Shown one piece after another: positions 35,193 through 36,115 of a DNA stretch of 36,115 bases. Both the position numbers and the translations under genes were made by a program. The DNA is from Pedosphaera sp. GTDB lineage: Bacteria; Verrucomicrobiota; Verrucomicrobiia; Limisphaerales; SIBH01. How positions within the stretch are numbered: position 1 is the first letter of the stretch; each line of letters opens with the position of its first letter. The notes beneath the pieces are model-generated. The model had not been told where the DNA came from. It did not search any database and worked only from the letters and a program-made list of their open reading frames with translations. The DNA is taken from positions 1-36,115 of the forward strand of contig JANOQV010000178.1 of assembly GCA_031414955.1 (NCBI GenBank), read 5' to 3'.

Positions 35193-35242
35193 TGTTTCGC
35201 GCCCCGCATCGCCACCCTGAGACTCCTCGCTCCAGTCCGTCG

Positions 35243-35281
35243 GTGCTTGGTGTTGATTTGGATTTGGGATTTGTAATTTCC
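35243..35281 (-). repeat. Solo AAATCCC-type heptamer arm after the actP stop
   Basis: Minus strand gaaattac aaatccc aaatcc aaatc aacacc aagcacc. Confidence 0.7.
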
Positions 35282-35286
35282 GCACT

Positions 35287-36115
35287 TCAGTGCGGCTGGT
35301 GTTCCTGAATGTATTCCTGCTTCAACCCCAACTGCTCGGGCGCGTGGAGGACCAGCATCTTCATCCGGCTGTCGGACGGGACGGTGCTCGCGGTCAGCTT
35401 CGACACCACGATCATCAGGATGATCGCCAGCGGCACGGCCCAGATGGCGGGTTGTTCGCAGAGGATTCTTAGCAGCGGATGCGCGGCCCAGAAATCATTC
35501 AGCGGCGCGAAGCCGGAGAAGAGTTTCCCCATCGGGCCTTTGTCGAGGGCGAGGTTGCTGAAGTTCGTCAGCGCGGCGGCGACCAGTGCGCAGACGCCGC
35601 CCACCAACATGCCGACGGCGGCGCCCTTCATCGTCAGCTTGCGCCACCAGACGGCCATGAAGAGCAGGGGGAAGTAACTCGCCGCCGCGATGGCGAACGC
35701 CTGGCCGACCATGAAATTGATCTCCAACGGTTCCACGAACGAGCCGAGCACGATGGCCACGCCGCCGATCAGCACCGCACCGATCTTGAACATTCTCATG
35801 CGCTGCTCGGGCGTGGATTTCGGGCGCAGGATTCTTCCGTAAACGTCGTGGGCCAGCGCGCCGGTCATGCTCACGAGCAACCCGCTGAACGTGCTCATGA
35901 AGGCCGCGAACGCGCCCGCGCAGGTGATGCCCGAGAGAATGCTCCCGAGCGGCGCGTATTTCTCATTCAGCAGACGCGGCAGTTCGAGGACGATTTTGTC
36001 CGTCCCTTTCGCGCCGAGTCCGTTGTAGAGGTCGGGCAGGAGGTTGCGCCCGATGACGCCGAAGACCGGCGGGAAGACGTAGAACACGCCGATGAGAATC
36101 ATCACCCACATGGTC
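35287..36115 (-). CDS. actP: Sodium:solute symporter, cation/acetate ActP-like; 5' part outside the window
   Basis: AGAFAAFMSTFSGLL......AHD.Y, V..AFAIAA.S.FP.L....WW..LT..GA..G, P....VPL. Confidence 0.8.
   Translation of the reverse strand, partial: TMWVMILIGVFYVFPPVFGVIGRNLLPDLYNGLGAKGTDKIVLELPRLLNEKYAPLGSILSGITCAGAFAAFMSTFSGLLVSMTGALAHDVYGRILRPKSTPEQRMRMFKIGAVLIGGVAIVLGSFVEPLEINFMVGQAFAIAAASYFPLLFMAVWWRKLTMKGAAVGMLVGGVCALVAAALTNFSNLALDKGPMGKLFSGFAPLNDFWAAHPLLRILCEQPAIWAVPLAIILMIVVSKLTASTVPSDSRMKMLVLHAPEQLGLKQEYIQEHQPH

Overview
A GC-rich bacterial chromosome segment. Gene content (DUF1549/DUF1553 + DUF1501, DUF1559-like pilin heads, GYF_2 membrane protein) suggests the PVC superphylum, most likely Verrucomicrobiota; this is an inference. 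It holds about 31 CDSs: a partial ubiD-family gene, a SIS protein, DUF4272, and an 11-gene operon (GYF_2 and Zn-finger membrane proteins, DUF4129, DUF4350, MoxR, DUF58, SpoIIM, RDD, nagA). Next come an ArsR-methyltransferase regulator and a DUF1549/1553-DUF1501 pair split by a three-gene insert (GNAT-like, small basic ORF, HsdR_N nuclease fused to a SeqA-like C-terminal domain). The rest are recG, an epimerase, nadE, a nagB-like gene, fabI, a NUDIX gene, korAB and a partial actP. No rRNA, tRNA, CRISPR array or transposase was seen. The main unexplained signal is a dense layer of palindromic repeats (heptamer-array hairpins, REP-like doublets, one MITE with TIRs and a TSD). Six copies sit in frame inside protein genes. 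Three sit at ATGA-flanked operon junctions, each crossed by a short ORF that appears translationally coupled. Family assignments come from motif recognition by eye; no database search was run.
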